A DNA stretch of 64,000 nucleotides from an uncultured Candidatus Sumerlaeota bacterium (GTDB taxonomy: Bacteria > Sumerlaeota > Sumerlaeia > SLMS01), in the NCBI GenBank assembly GCA_964437365.1, contig CAYTGM010000002.1, forward strand, positions 130,212 through 194,211, read 5' to 3'. The translations under genes were made by a program, and so were the position numbers. Each line of letters begins with the position of its first letter. Position 1 is the stretch's first letter. The notes beneath the pieces are model-generated. The model made no database searches and was not told the DNA's origin. It saw only the letters and a program-made list of their open reading frames with translations. This document shows positions 9,201 to 19,443 of the stretch, piece after piece.

Positions 9201-11419
9201 TGATTGGAAAGAACGAGAATTTAAGCAAGGAGCCTGTTCACTCAATGCTATTGGTCTCCTCCAAGAAATCAACCAGCCTTGCGCTGGCAGCGTCACTCCT
9301 AACAGGAGCGGCACTCGCAGGACCGACCATCTCTGATTGGTCGATCAAGACTGAAGGAGCAAACGAGATTATCGAAATGGATTGGGATGAGCCCGGCAAG
9401 GTTGAACTGAACCAGTTTCAATCTGCTCGCCAGGTCGTTGTTGTCTTTCCTGAAGCAGAACTCTCTGATTCGATCTCTCGACACGTAAATTCAGCCATGT
9501 CTGAATTGGTCAAGAAAGCTAAGTTGCAGGATGTTACGTTGCCAAATGGTAACCATGGCGTCCAGTTAACGCTGACTCTAGACCAATGGACGACAATGAA
9601 AACAGATCGTTCACCAGACTCATTTCGAGTCTTTCTGAACCTTCCTGAGCGCTACCAAGAGGCTGCACAGCTTCGAAAAGAAAGCATGAGTTCTGGAATT
9701 GTGCTCTCAGACCAAAGCTTCAACGATGCAGATCTAGGCATCTATGGAGGTGCTACCGCGCCAAGTACCGGTGCTGGTCAGGGGAATAATGACGGTTCTG
9801 CTGCATTCACTGAGTATTATGTACCCGAGGCGGTTGAGCCGGGCACCACTGGCGGTGGATCCATGGCGCTTTCGGATCTCAGCGGCGTGGAGTCCAAGCT
9901 CAATGAGTACGTTAGAAGAGTCGACTTTCAAGGAACTCCACTCGAGAACGTACTTAGGCTGATCGCAGAGCAGGCTGAACTGAATATCATGGTTTCGCCT
10001 GGTGATGTTGCCGGTAGAACTGTGACACTAAGATTAAGGAACGTTACCTTAAGGCAGATTCTCGATGCGATTCTGAAGCAAAGTAATCTTGGATATACGA
10101 TCGAAGAAGGTGGAATCGTTCGTATCCTTCCAAGGAATCAGGTTCGCACAACCGAAAGAGAAACTGTTACGGAAGCCATTCCGATCAACTGGGTAAGTGC
10201 ATCAGCAATCGCTGAGACGCTCGATCCATTGGTCGGCGAAGATGAAGGGATGCTCGAAGTTATGAGCGCCAGCAATATGATCATTGTTCGCGATGTCCCT
10301 GAATCTGTTCAGCAAATTCGTGAACTGATCTATTTGTTGGATGTTCCTGAGAAACAGGTTCTTATTGAAATGCGACTCGTCAACATGAGCGAAACGGCCC
10401 GAAGAGAATTCGGTGTTCGCACCGGCTACGAGTCTGAGGCAACTGAAAGTCGATTCCTTAGAGACCCAGGTGCCAACTTTTTTGACCTCAATAATTTTAC
10501 AAACTCAGAAACACTCACCACCCAGGGATTCAGTGAAACAGGGAACAGTTCGACTACTTTCGTTAATGAGCTGGAACAATTGTTCCTTGGGCAATCAACA
10601 GAAGAGTCAGAATTAGTAAGAAACCTGGCAAATACCCTGACGAATACACTCACTGGAACCACCACGAGTGAATCTGCAGCTGTTCCAAGTTCCAGAGTTC
10701 TTGCTGGAGCACTCGCACCAGGTGCAACCGCACTCCAATATAGCGGCTTGTTTACAGCGAATATTTTTGGTGCTGAATACAATGTCGATTTAGCCATTAA
10801 TGCTCAAGAAGATCGGGGCGAGGCTGTTACTCTTGCCAATCCTATTGTCCTCTCTCTTAACAATCAGGAAGCCATTGTTGAGATAAAAAGGCAGATCCCT
10901 TACATTAGTGCTATTAATACTTCTCAAGGATCGATTGGTACGGTTGAGTTTGTCGACGTTGGTACCGAGGTTACACTCCTTCCCCGTATTACCAATAACG
11001 GCTATGTGATGATGGAAATCGAACCTGAGCAGGTTATAGACACTGGTGATAGACCGAACGGTGTTCCTGTTACGGACGAGCGTCGTGTTAAATCGTCTGT
11101 TATTGTTCGTGATGAAGAAACAGTCGCACTCGGCGGTTTAAGACAGTTTGAAGCTAATTCATCTGAATCAGGCGTTCCGTACCTGCTTAGACTCCCTGTT
11201 CTCAGTTGGTTATTCAAGAATCAGGGGAATGAACAGATCAAAACGGAACTCTATCTGTTCGTGACGCCAAGTATTGTGAAAGATCCGACTCTCGATTCTC
11301 ATAAGAAAGCTCTCTATGAGAAAATCGATTACAACTGGGATCTTCCCGACTACTTCTTCGATGAGGTTATGCCTCGCAAAGCTCCTGGTGAAGATGAAGA
11401 TCCAAGGATCAAATACTAG
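9200..11419 (+). CDS. pilQ: Type IV pilus secretin PilQ
   Basis: 739 aa. Signal peptide with N-terminal AMIN/secretin_N-like repeats. C-terminal secretin core with GGLRQFE...GVPYLLRLPVLSWLFKN. Start overlaps the pilP stop. Confidence 0.85.
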   Translation: MIGKNENLSKEPVHSMLLVSSKKSTSLALAASLLTGAALAGPTISDWSIKTEGANEIIEMDWDEPGKVELNQFQSARQVVVVFPEAELSDSISRHVNSAMSELVKKAKLQDVTLPNGNHGVQLTLTLDQWTTMKTDRSPDSFRVFLNLPERYQEAAQLRKESMSSGIVLSDQSFNDADLGIYGGATAPSTGAGQGNNDGSAAFTEYYVPEAVEPGTTGGGSMALSDLSGVESKLNEYVRRVDFQGTPLENVLRLIAEQAELNIMVSPGDVAGRTVTLRLRNVTLRQILDAILKQSNLGYTIEEGGIVRILPRNQVRTTERETVTEAIPINWVSASAIAETLDPLVGEDEGMLEVMSASNMIIVRDVPESVQQIRELIYLLDVPEKQVLIEMRLVNMSETARREFGVRTGYESEATESRFLRDPGANFFDLNNFTNSETLTTQGFSETGNSSTTFVNELEQLFLGQSTEESELVRNLANTLTNTLTGTTTSESAAVPSSRVLAGALAPGATALQYSGLFTANIFGAEYNVDLAINAQEDRGEAVTLANPIVLSLNNQEAIVEIKRQIPYISAINTSQGSIGTVEFVDVGTEVTLLPRITNNGYVMMEIEPEQVIDTGDRPNGVPVTDERRVKSSVIVRDEETVALGGLRQFEANSSESGVPYLLRLPVLSWLFKNQGNEQIKTELYLFVTPSIVKDPTLDSHKKALYEKIDYNWDLPDYFFDEVMPRKAPGEDEDPRIKY

Positions 11420-11450
11420 GTTCATTCCTGATAAGAATGAAGTAATTAGA

Positions 11451-11490
11451 ACTGGCTTCTCCTACTTGGAGAAGCCAGTTTGACATTTTA
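11451..11490 (+). terminator. Rho-independent terminator of the pil operon
   Basis: ACTGGCTTCTCC-TACTT-GGAGAAGCCAGT hairpin followed by TTTGACATTTT, 30 bp after the pilQ stop. Confidence 0.6.
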
Positions 11491-11657
11491 GAATGCTCTT
11501 CAGAAGTTCTGCTCATGACTATGCTGCCTGCGAACAGTAGCTCGGAGCGCCTGAAAGCCTTGAAACAGCACCACGATCGCTAATGTTTCCAAGTACACAG
11601 ATTCAAATCACCCCTCTCGCTCACCATCTTTTCGAACCATTACTTCTGAAGATCACT

Positions 11658-12392
11658 TCAGGTGATCGAGAATTGAAAAAGCGTAACAGCAGCAAGGCAG
11701 GCCGTTTCCGCACGTAGAATTACTTCTCCCGGAAATGTTGCAACTGCGATACTTTTCTCTTTGAATAGCTTGATCTCTTCATCACTCCAGCCTCCTTCTG
11801 GACCGATGAGTATCATGACCGATCGCGACTCCCTTTGCATCTGCGCAAGTCCATCGGGTGCTCCTCCCCTCTCTACAAGAGCATAAGGTATGACGTCGGC
11901 TGCCGAGGATAACTCAAGAGCTCCGACGGGTGACATGAAGTTGTATAATTCGGGAAGCCAGGCTCTCTCAGATTGCTTTAAAGCTTCCTTGATAACCTTA
12001 TCCCACTTCTGAAGCTTCTTTTCCTGTCTCGCTTTATCAAGTCTGACTTCCGACCTGTCTGTCAGCAAAGGGATGAAGCCGGTGATTCCAAGTTCCGTAC
12101 AACGTTGGATCATATCCTCCCAGTGATGAGATTTCGTGACTGATGCCGCCAGAATAAGCTGAGAATCTGATCTGGCTATCGTCCGGGTTGATTTGATAAC
12201 ACCGGAAAGACTTCGTTTGCCGACTTCCGTTGCTTGGACCTCAGCAAAAGTTCCCTTACCATCAAAGGCTAAGAAGGAGTCGCCGGCATTCAATCTTAGA
12301 ACTCGAGTAAGATGGATTGCCTCTTCATCAGTCACCTGGATCTTCTCTCCCTCAAAATAGGGACCTTCATGATAAATGCGATATTGTCTCAC
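11658..12392 (-). CDS. rsmE: 16S rRNA (uracil1498-N3)-methyltransferase
   Basis: 244 aa. C-terminal ILIGPEGGWSDEE motif diagnostic of the RsmE SPOUT family, with an N-terminal PUA-like region. Confidence 0.75.
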   Translation of the reverse strand: MRQYRIYHEGPYFEGEKIQVTDEEAIHLTRVLRLNAGDSFLAFDGKGTFAEVQATEVGKRSLSGVIKSTRTIARSDSQLILAASVTKSHHWEDMIQRCTELGITGFIPLLTDRSEVRLDKARQEKKLQKWDKVIKEALKQSERAWLPELYNFMSPVGALELSSAADVIPYALVERGGAPDGLAQMQRESRSVMILIGPEGGWSDEEIKLFKEKSIAVATFPGEVILRAETACLAAVTLFQFSIT

Positions 12393-12476
12393 CTTGATCG
12401 TCCTGAATAATAGTGAAGTATTGCCATTACAATCTGGCGATGCGAATTTTTCCGTGCTGAAGACAGGCCACAGATC

Positions 12477-13643
12477 ATGCGTAAATGCCCCACATGCGGC
12501 TTTAATAATCCTGACTCGAGAGATCGCTGCGTCAAGTGTTCAACCGGACTGGTATCCATGAAGGCAGAGGAGCTCCCGAAGAAATCCAGGGTTCCTGCTG
12601 TTCAGCTCAATTTGTTTGGTATACTTCGCAGGAATCTCTACTTTCTTAAAGAAAAACTTCACTGGGAATTGCCCGACCGAGCACCTCATCGCTTTCCCTG
12701 GTCGGCCGCCTATCTCGCGTTAATTCCCGGAGGAGGTGCCGTCTATAACAAGCAACCCACTAAAGCCCTTGTCTATGGGTCTATCCAGGTTATGTCGATC
12801 GTTGCAGTGATTATAACGATCCTGCATCCCTGGAATAACTATATTCTTCTTATATCGTTGTTCTGGCATTTCTTCGCAATGGCAGATGCCTACTCAACCG
12901 CAGTGAAAATCAATGGGATGAACTGGAGCTGGAAGTCACTCTTGGCAGTCTGTTGCTCTTTCATCTTCCTTTTTTGTTCCAGTCTATTTTTCCTGCAGTT
13001 TTTCGGACAGGACTTCTTTCAGCTCGTCACTGTCAAAACACCGGCTCTTGCCCCAAAGATTCAGAAGGGAGACAAGTACTTTGTCTTGAAATGGCCTTTC
13101 GGCAAATCCTCCATAAAGCCAGGGAGTCTTGTCTATTATGATCCCCCCAGATTCGCTTATCATCGACCCGGTGCCCTCAGCACAGACACCTATTCTATAA
13201 ATGAAGAGAATTCATTTGGAGTGATTACGGCTCGGGAGGGAGATCTTGTATCCTGGGAAAGTCCCGAAACTGTAAAAGTCAATGAAGTGCTGATTTCACC
13301 CAATCGACTGCCTGTATACCCCGAGGGAATTCCGGGCAGGATGGAGTTCCGTATCCCCGAAGAACACTTTGCTATCATTTTCAGTCACAGTATCAGTGAA
13401 GGAGGGATTACTGGAGATATTCTAGAAAAAGTTGGCTTTGGGCAAACAAGCTTTAAAGTGACCCTTCCCAACCCTCGTCAGGCGCTGGCTGAGGGAATGT
13501 ACATGGAGCTTTATGATGAAGCGATTAAAGTCCATGAAGACGAGATCTATGGAGTCGTTCTTTTTAGATACTATCCCCCGGAAAGAAGGAAATGGTTTGG
13601 CACCTCATCGGGGCTATGGGAAGAATATCCTCCCTATAAATAA
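12477..13643 (+). CDS. Zinc-ribbon/membrane protein with C-terminal signal-peptidase-I-like (S26 fold) region, probably non-catalytic
   Basis: 388 aa. N-terminal CPTCG...CVKCS ribbon followed by 3-4 TM helices. The C-terminal region has spacing reminiscent of SPase I boxes (KIQKGDKYFVLK; GDLVSW...VKVNEV; IYGVVLFRYYPPERR) but lacks the SM(P)TL serine box. This call is tentative. Confidence 0.35.
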   Translation: MRKCPTCGFNNPDSRDRCVKCSTGLVSMKAEELPKKSRVPAVQLNLFGILRRNLYFLKEKLHWELPDRAPHRFPWSAAYLALIPGGGAVYNKQPTKALVYGSIQVMSIVAVIITILHPWNNYILLISLFWHFFAMADAYSTAVKINGMNWSWKSLLAVCCSFIFLFCSSLFFLQFFGQDFFQLVTVKTPALAPKIQKGDKYFVLKWPFGKSSIKPGSLVYYDPPRFAYHRPGALSTDTYSINEENSFGVITAREGDLVSWESPETVKVNEVLISPNRLPVYPEGIPGRMEFRIPEEHFAIIFSHSISEGGITGDILEKVGFGQTSFKVTLPNPRQALAEGMYMELYDEAIKVHEDEIYGVVLFRYYPPERRKWFGTSSGLWEEYPPYK

Positions 13644-13675
13644 TAACTATTTACCCCTGATTTGACACATAGAAT

Positions 13676-16558
13676 ATGAAAACGACAAAGAAAACGAAGT
13701 ACATTACCCTTATGAGGGAAGAATTTGGTGAAAGGTTTCTTGGAGATCATCTTTCCCGAGGAATCTTCAGTACGGACGCCAGTATATACATGCAAAAGCC
13801 TCATGGGATTCTCTATCCGAAGAACTCACATGAGGTCCGTAAAGCCGTCCAATTATCCCGGGAAAACAGTATCCCGATTCTTGTTCGAGGAGGCGGGACG
13901 AGTCTGGCAGGACAAACTACTGCCCGTGGGGCATTAGTCATTGATGTTAGCCGCTACATGAATCGTATCGGCCATCTTGATGCTGATGAAAAGACAATCA
14001 TCGTTGAACCGGGTGTTGTACGCGACGAGCTGAACCGGGCGATTGCCTCTGAAGGACTCATGTTTGCGCCAGAAACATCAACAAGTAACAGAGCAAACAT
14101 TGGTGGAATGATCGCCAATAATTCAAGCGGAATGATGTCTATACGATATGGCACAACCATCGACCATGTCGTCGCTCTTGAGGTCTTGTTGCCGAATGGA
14201 GAAATAGAGTGGGTTGGACCCCGCGATAGCATGACCGATCGTGGGAAAGCATGGCTCAACCAAACTGAGTCTCTGCTCAAGATGTACGAAGACCTGATCC
14301 TTGAGAAAACACCTGACGTCATCCGACGTGTTGGGGGATATACGGTAGATCGAATCCTTAATCAGGATAACCCTAATCTTGCAAGTCTCTTTGTAGGAAG
14401 TGAAGGCACGCTGGGGATCATCCTGAGAGCGAAGCTGAAGCTCGTTCCGCAACTTAAGGAAATAGCTCTCCTCGCCATTCACTTTAAATCTCTGGAGGAG
14501 TCTTTAAGAGCGGTTCCTGAAATGGTGAAGACAGATCCATTAAGTATCGAATTCATGGATCAGAAGCTTTTAAGGCTTTGTAAAACAAACCCTTCCACAA
14601 TGCATCTCATCAGTTGGCTGAAAGGTGATCCGGAAGCTGTTCTTGCCGTTGAGTTTGAACATGAGAAGAAGGATGTCGCTCAAGATAAAGCCATCCAACT
14701 GGAAACCCGTCTTAAAGAAGCGGGCTTCCACTTTCATTCGGAACGAGTATTTGAGCCTTGGCAACGGAAGGAAGTCCTTGAATCAAGAAAACTGGGGCTT
14801 GGGGTGATGTCCAGGGTCAAAGAAGATGCTAAGCCGATTAGTTTCATCGAAGATGCCTGCGTTCCAGTTGACAATCTTGCCGATTACGTCCGCGAGGTCT
14901 ATGAGGTTTTGGATAAAGAAAATGTGCCTGTTGTCACCTATGGGCATGCGAGTGTTGGTGTTTTGCATATAAAGCCTGCGCTCGACTTGAAAAAAACTCA
15001 TGACCGAAAAAAATGTCGCCGAATCAGTCGTCAGGTAATGGAAATATGCCGTAAATACAAAGGATCATGGTCTGGTGAGCATGGAGACGGTATTGCCAGA
15101 GGAGCCTACAACGAAGAATTCTGGGGTAAGGAAATGATCACCGTTTTTCGCTCCATAAAGAAACTGTATGATTCTGAGGGACTATTGAACCCCGGAAAGA
15201 TATACGACACACCATCACTGACGGGGCCATTGCGCTATACACAAGGTTATGAACAATCAAATTTGGAAACAGTATTCAAGTTTTCTGAAGAAGGAGACCT
15301 GCAGAAAGCGGTTGAAATGTGTAATGGAGTCGGTGCCTGCAGAAAAACGGGAAGCGGAACCATGTGTCCGAGCTACATGGCTACTCGTGATGAACGACAC
15401 TCCACTCGCGGAAGAGCAAACGCTCTAAGGCTAACGCTATCCGGGCAGTATGCAGGAGGGGATTTCTCCAGCCCCGAACTCTACAAAGTCTTGGATCTAT
15501 GCCTTGAATGCAAAGCGTGCAAGACAGAATGCCCCAATGCAGTGGACATGTCTAAGATGAAATCAGAATTTCTTCACCACTGGCATAAGAAGAACGGAGC
15601 AAAACTCAGGGAACGAGTCTTCGCGAATTCCCCTTTAACTGCCTCCCTTATTTCTGGACCTCTCGCCGAACTGAATAACAGGCTTCTTGCTCAACCGCTC
15701 ATAAAGAGATTGCTCTCAAGCTTTCTCGGTATAGCTCCGAAGAGGAATCTGCCGACTTATGCTTCAGAAAAGTTTGAAACCTGGTTTGTGAATGAAGGTA
15801 AAGCTGGGCAGCCATCAAAGCCCATCAGGACGATCGCACTATTTGCTGATACTTATATACGCTATCACGAGCCACAGCTGGGGAAGTGGGCGGTAAGAGT
15901 GCTTCAGTCTCTTGGCTATAAGGTTCTCCTGGCAAGGGCGGGGTGCTGTGGGCGCCCCTGGATCAGCAAGGGCTTTCTTGATAAGGCTGCAACTATTGCC
16001 GACAGTACGTTACGGGATCTTAGTCGATATGTGAATAAGGGAGTTCCAATTATCACCATCGAGCCAAGCTGTCACAGTTCTCTTCTTCAGGATCTGCCAG
16101 ATCTAAGCACTCTTGACTATTCAAAGGACAAAATGAATAGAGGTGTTTACAGCTTCGAAGACTTCATTGCAGCGCAAATCGACTCAGGCGAACTGACCCT
16201 TCAGGAAAATCTAAAAGGTACTTTCCTCTTTCACGGACATTGTCATCAAAAGAGCATGGGGTTGAATCGCGCTGTTCATCGTGTCTTCTCTTCAGCCGGT
16301 GAGAAGGTCACGTTGCAGGAAGTGGATTCTGGGTGTTGTGGGATGGCAGGGAGTTTTGGCTATGAGAAAGAGCACTATGAAATTTCGATGAAGCTTGCCA
16401 ATGACCGTCTTTTTCCAGCGATTGATGCTGCGGGTGATCATACAACGATCATTGCCAACGGGTTTTCTTGCAGGCATCAGATCAAGGATGGCCGTAACCG
16501 GGATGCGGTTCATGTCGCTGAGGCTTTGGGCAGAGCTCTTCAATTGCCAGATCCCTGA
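13676..16558 (+). CDS. FAD-linked oxidase fused to Fe-S/CCG-domain oxidoreductase (YdiJ / D-2-hydroxyacid dehydrogenase-like)
   Basis: 960 aa. PCMH-type FAD-binding motif ILVRGGGTSLAGQ. Two ferredoxin-like clusters (CNGVGACRKTGSGTMCP and CLECKACKTECP). Two CCG motifs (CCGRPW, CCGMAGSFG) of GlcF/GlpC type. Confidence 0.8.
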   Translation: MKTTKKTKYITLMREEFGERFLGDHLSRGIFSTDASIYMQKPHGILYPKNSHEVRKAVQLSRENSIPILVRGGGTSLAGQTTARGALVIDVSRYMNRIGHLDADEKTIIVEPGVVRDELNRAIASEGLMFAPETSTSNRANIGGMIANNSSGMMSIRYGTTIDHVVALEVLLPNGEIEWVGPRDSMTDRGKAWLNQTESLLKMYEDLILEKTPDVIRRVGGYTVDRILNQDNPNLASLFVGSEGTLGIILRAKLKLVPQLKEIALLAIHFKSLEESLRAVPEMVKTDPLSIEFMDQKLLRLCKTNPSTMHLISWLKGDPEAVLAVEFEHEKKDVAQDKAIQLETRLKEAGFHFHSERVFEPWQRKEVLESRKLGLGVMSRVKEDAKPISFIEDACVPVDNLADYVREVYEVLDKENVPVVTYGHASVGVLHIKPALDLKKTHDRKKCRRISRQVMEICRKYKGSWSGEHGDGIARGAYNEEFWGKEMITVFRSIKKLYDSEGLLNPGKIYDTPSLTGPLRYTQGYEQSNLETVFKFSEEGDLQKAVEMCNGVGACRKTGSGTMCPSYMATRDERHSTRGRANALRLTLSGQYAGGDFSSPELYKVLDLCLECKACKTECPNAVDMSKMKSEFLHHWHKKNGAKLRERVFANSPLTASLISGPLAELNNRLLAQPLIKRLLSSFLGIAPKRNLPTYASEKFETWFVNEGKAGQPSKPIRTIALFADTYIRYHEPQLGKWAVRVLQSLGYKVLLARAGCCGRPWISKGFLDKAATIADSTLRDLSRYVNKGVPIITIEPSCHSSLLQDLPDLSTLDYSKDKMNRGVYSFEDFIAAQIDSGELTLQENLKGTFLFHGHCHQKSMGLNRAVHRVFSSAGEKVTLQEVDSGCCGMAGSFGYEKEHYEISMKLANDRLFPAIDAAGDHTTIIANGFSCRHQIKDGRNRDAVHVAEALGRALQLPDP

Positions 16559-16741
16559 TCTTTTGGCGAGAAATCCCTTGAATCGCTGCCAAGGACAGGG
16601 CGTATAATCCACTTACCATGTGAGAAGAAACGAACTATTTCTTCTCTTCTTTACGAAAACGCCCATGTGACTCCCACTTAGCCCTTATAAACGGGAGTTT
16701 ATGGGATTGTATTCGTTACTTTTTTCCTCTAAAAGGACTCA

Positions 16742-17488
16742 ATGCTTATGCTTCCCGAAGTAAGACTGCTCCTCGATATTCAGGAGATTGATAAAGAAAT
16801 CCTAGAACTAAAGGACCAGTTAGCTAATTATCCCACCATTTGGGAAGGGATCAAAAAGCAGACTGCTAAACGGAAGGATTCCCACGATAAAGCGCTGAAA
16901 GCGAAAGAACGGAATCAAAAAGATAGAAAACGTGTTGAGCAGAAAATTCGACTCTTCTCTGATGACCTCAAAAGGTCTCAGACACAGGCAGCAACTGTGA
17001 AGACGACAAAAGAGTACGAAGCCACAAATAAACAGACAGAAGCTCTCAAAGCAAAGCTCGCAGCGCTTGAAGAGCAGGGACTCGAACTTATTGAGAAAGA
17101 ACCTGAGCTAGATGCTGAGCTGAAAGAAACTGAGAAAGAGTTTCTCGAAGCTAAAGACCTTTACGATAGCGAAAAGACACGTATTCGTGAGCAGTTCAAC
17201 GAGAAGAAGTCTCGAGTAGATGAGCTCGAATCTGAAAAAGCAAAGATGATTGCAAAGATTCCACAGAAGGCTCTCGGAGCCTACGATCGACTCTTCAAAC
17301 GCCATCCCGGAAGTGTTATCGTTCATGTGCAGTCGGGAAGCTGTGGTGGATGCCACTTCGGACTACTGCCAAACGATCTCGTTCAGGTCCACCGTCAGGA
17401 ACGAGTTGTGCACTGCCCCAACTGCGGCCGAATTCTTTCTGAAGATGTAGACTACGTCCCTGAAGAAGAAGAGGCCTCTGCAGTTTAA
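16742..17488 (+). CDS. Coiled-coil protein with C-terminal C4 zinc ribbon (COG1579-like)
   Basis: 248 aa. Long charged coiled coil ending in CGGCHFGLLPNDL...HCPNCGRIL. Confidence 0.6.
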   Translation: MLMLPEVRLLLDIQEIDKEILELKDQLANYPTIWEGIKKQTAKRKDSHDKALKAKERNQKDRKRVEQKIRLFSDDLKRSQTQAATVKTTKEYEATNKQTEALKAKLAALEEQGLELIEKEPELDAELKETEKEFLEAKDLYDSEKTRIREQFNEKKSRVDELESEKAKMIAKIPQKALGAYDRLFKRHPGSVIVHVQSGSCGGCHFGLLPNDLVQVHRQERVVHCPNCGRILSEDVDYVPEEEEASAV

Positions 17489-17516
17489 ATCTTGGATCGG
17501 CGGGAGTCAGCTGTTC

Positions 17517-18710
17517 ATGAACAGAACCCAGTTAAACTCGAAAAAAGCATTTCAGATTCGCCCTGCAAGTCGAACTCTTGCGGGGCCTTTATTATTATTG
17601 ATGGGTCTCCTCATAACGGGTTGCTCAACAATCACGATCCAATCGACGCCCCCAGGGGGAAAGATACTCTGGTCGGATAGTGGATACGATAATTGGCAAG
17701 AGTGGCCCCCGAACGGATGGACCATCGCTGGCGATACGGATCAAACACCATTCAAGAGTATTGGTATATATCGTAACGCCTATTTCATCACCGTAGAACA
17801 AGAAGGGTATATTCGTCCCTTGCCTCAGGTCGTTCAGCTCTACGCCTTTCGCAATGAAGACCTTAAATTTGAATTAACGGAGACACCAGAAACAACTGCA
17901 AGACGTATGAGAGAGAGTGGATTCGTCTACTATCAGGATGAGTGGGTTGATCCTGAAGTTGCAGGAGTTGTAGAGTATAAGGGCGAGGTGATGCCCCAGG
18001 AAGTTGCCTATACACTGCAAATGCGTGATAAAGGCTTTGTGCTTTATGAAGATGAATGGGTAACACCAGAAGAAGCTGAGAGAAGAGAAGTCGAAGACAA
18101 TGTCGCAAGAGGTCTGGTTCAGTTTCGCGGACGCTGGGTAACAGAATCACAAAAAGAAGAAGAAGAAAAGATTTCAGAACTTGTCCAGACTTTCTCAGAG
18201 ACCGAGGAAACAGCAGAATTACCTGCTCCCAGAATCGTTGGAAATATTGGCCTCAGAGCGGCGCAAGTTCAATTAAATAACAGTAGCCAGCAAAGAATTC
18301 AGTTCTATTTCGACGGCCCCGTATCGAGGTTCTATGAGTTGGACCCATATACTAGCCTTGGTGTATCCACAGATTCACGACTCATCATTCCAGAGGGCAG
18401 ATATGACATCGCCGTTGTTCCAACCGGGTTGGACTCTCTCGGACGTGATATACAGAAGAGTGAACAAATGGGTCTTTCCGATGATCAGGGTGAAGTGACG
18501 ACAAAGCCTCAATTTGGTTCATGGCCCCTCGCAGTCGGCAGGTTGTACAGCTTTACCTTCACAGGTGCCTCGGAAGCACTCCCAGAAGACATCAGTGAGT
18601 TTGAACTTCCCGACACGCAACTCGATATAGTCGTTCCAGAAATTAACGTTCCAGAAATTGAAAGAAAAGAACGACCTGAAAGAAGAGGCCGCCCGGGCTC
18701 GTGGCCATGA
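17517..18710 (+). CDS. Hypothetical lipoprotein with internal tandem repeats
   Basis: 397 aa. Lipobox LITGCS. Three ~40-aa repeats of G[FW]V.Y.DEWV.PE.A. Acidic and disordered C-terminus. Confidence 0.4.
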   Translation: MNRTQLNSKKAFQIRPASRTLAGPLLLLMGLLITGCSTITIQSTPPGGKILWSDSGYDNWQEWPPNGWTIAGDTDQTPFKSIGIYRNAYFITVEQEGYIRPLPQVVQLYAFRNEDLKFELTETPETTARRMRESGFVYYQDEWVDPEVAGVVEYKGEVMPQEVAYTLQMRDKGFVLYEDEWVTPEEAERREVEDNVARGLVQFRGRWVTESQKEEEEKISELVQTFSETEETAELPAPRIVGNIGLRAAQVQLNNSSQQRIQFYFDGPVSRFYELDPYTSLGVSTDSRLIIPEGRYDIAVVPTGLDSLGRDIQKSEQMGLSDDQGEVTTKPQFGSWPLAVGRLYSFTFTGASEALPEDISEFELPDTQLDIVVPEINVPEIERKERPERRGRPGSWP

Positions 18711-18732
18711 TAGTATTAATGAGGTTCTCGCC

Positions 18733-19443
18733 TTATTGATTCCCTTCCTTCATCAGGAAAAGCTTACGTGAGACTTCGATGATCGGAGGGTTCGAGACAG
18801 GGATTTTATCTGAACTTTCAGAAATAACGACCCCGGGCTGGATCTTCAGTTGATTAAAGAAAAGCTGAAGCGATTCGGGAGTTTCACGAGGTATATCAAA
18901 GTCTATATCGATTGCCACAGATTTGCCTCCCTCAATCTCGACTTTCTTTAAAAAATAGGATTCCGTTTCAACTCGCTCGATCACATTCCGTTCACCACGC
19001 GTATAAGCGGGCTTTAATCTCCGAGCAGGAAAATCCCTCGATGAGTTATCCCATCTTAAATTGACAGTTGAAGATCCTTTGGGAGTCTCAACCTGTTCAT
19101 ATTCACCAGCCTGTTGATTAAACCAGACGTATAGACTCTCTTCGGGAAGAGTGAAGAATAGCGAGTCTGTGTTCTCTGAATTATCGACCTCCAGAGTGAC
19201 CCTGTATAAGGCGTGATTCAATGGACCATGAGATACAAGACGTATTGCGGGTGAAGTCTCAAAATCAACTGGCTCAGGCATTGCACTCGTCACAATTGTC
19301 GAGGCTTCTCCCCCTCGGGCGCAGAAGATCATCAGGGCTGCTAGGACAAAGAATGATCTAAAATAACAAAATACTACAGACCGCATAGAACTTAAGGCTC
19401 CATCAATCAATCTGAACGGATTACAGCTTCTCCATGGTTTCAA
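18733..19443 (-). CDS. Hypothetical secreted protein
   Basis: 236 aa ORF with a hydrophobic N-terminus. No recognisable motif. Confidence 0.3.
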   Translation of the reverse strand: MKPWRSCNPFRLIDGALSSMRSVVFCYFRSFFVLAALMIFCARGGEASTIVTSAMPEPVDFETSPAIRLVSHGPLNHALYRVTLEVDNSENTDSLFFTLPEESLYVWFNQQAGEYEQVETPKGSSTVNLRWDNSSRDFPARRLKPAYTRGERNVIERVETESYFLKKVEIEGGKSVAIDIDFDIPRETPESLQLFFNQLKIQPGVVISESSDKIPVSNPPIIEVSRKLFLMKEGNQ

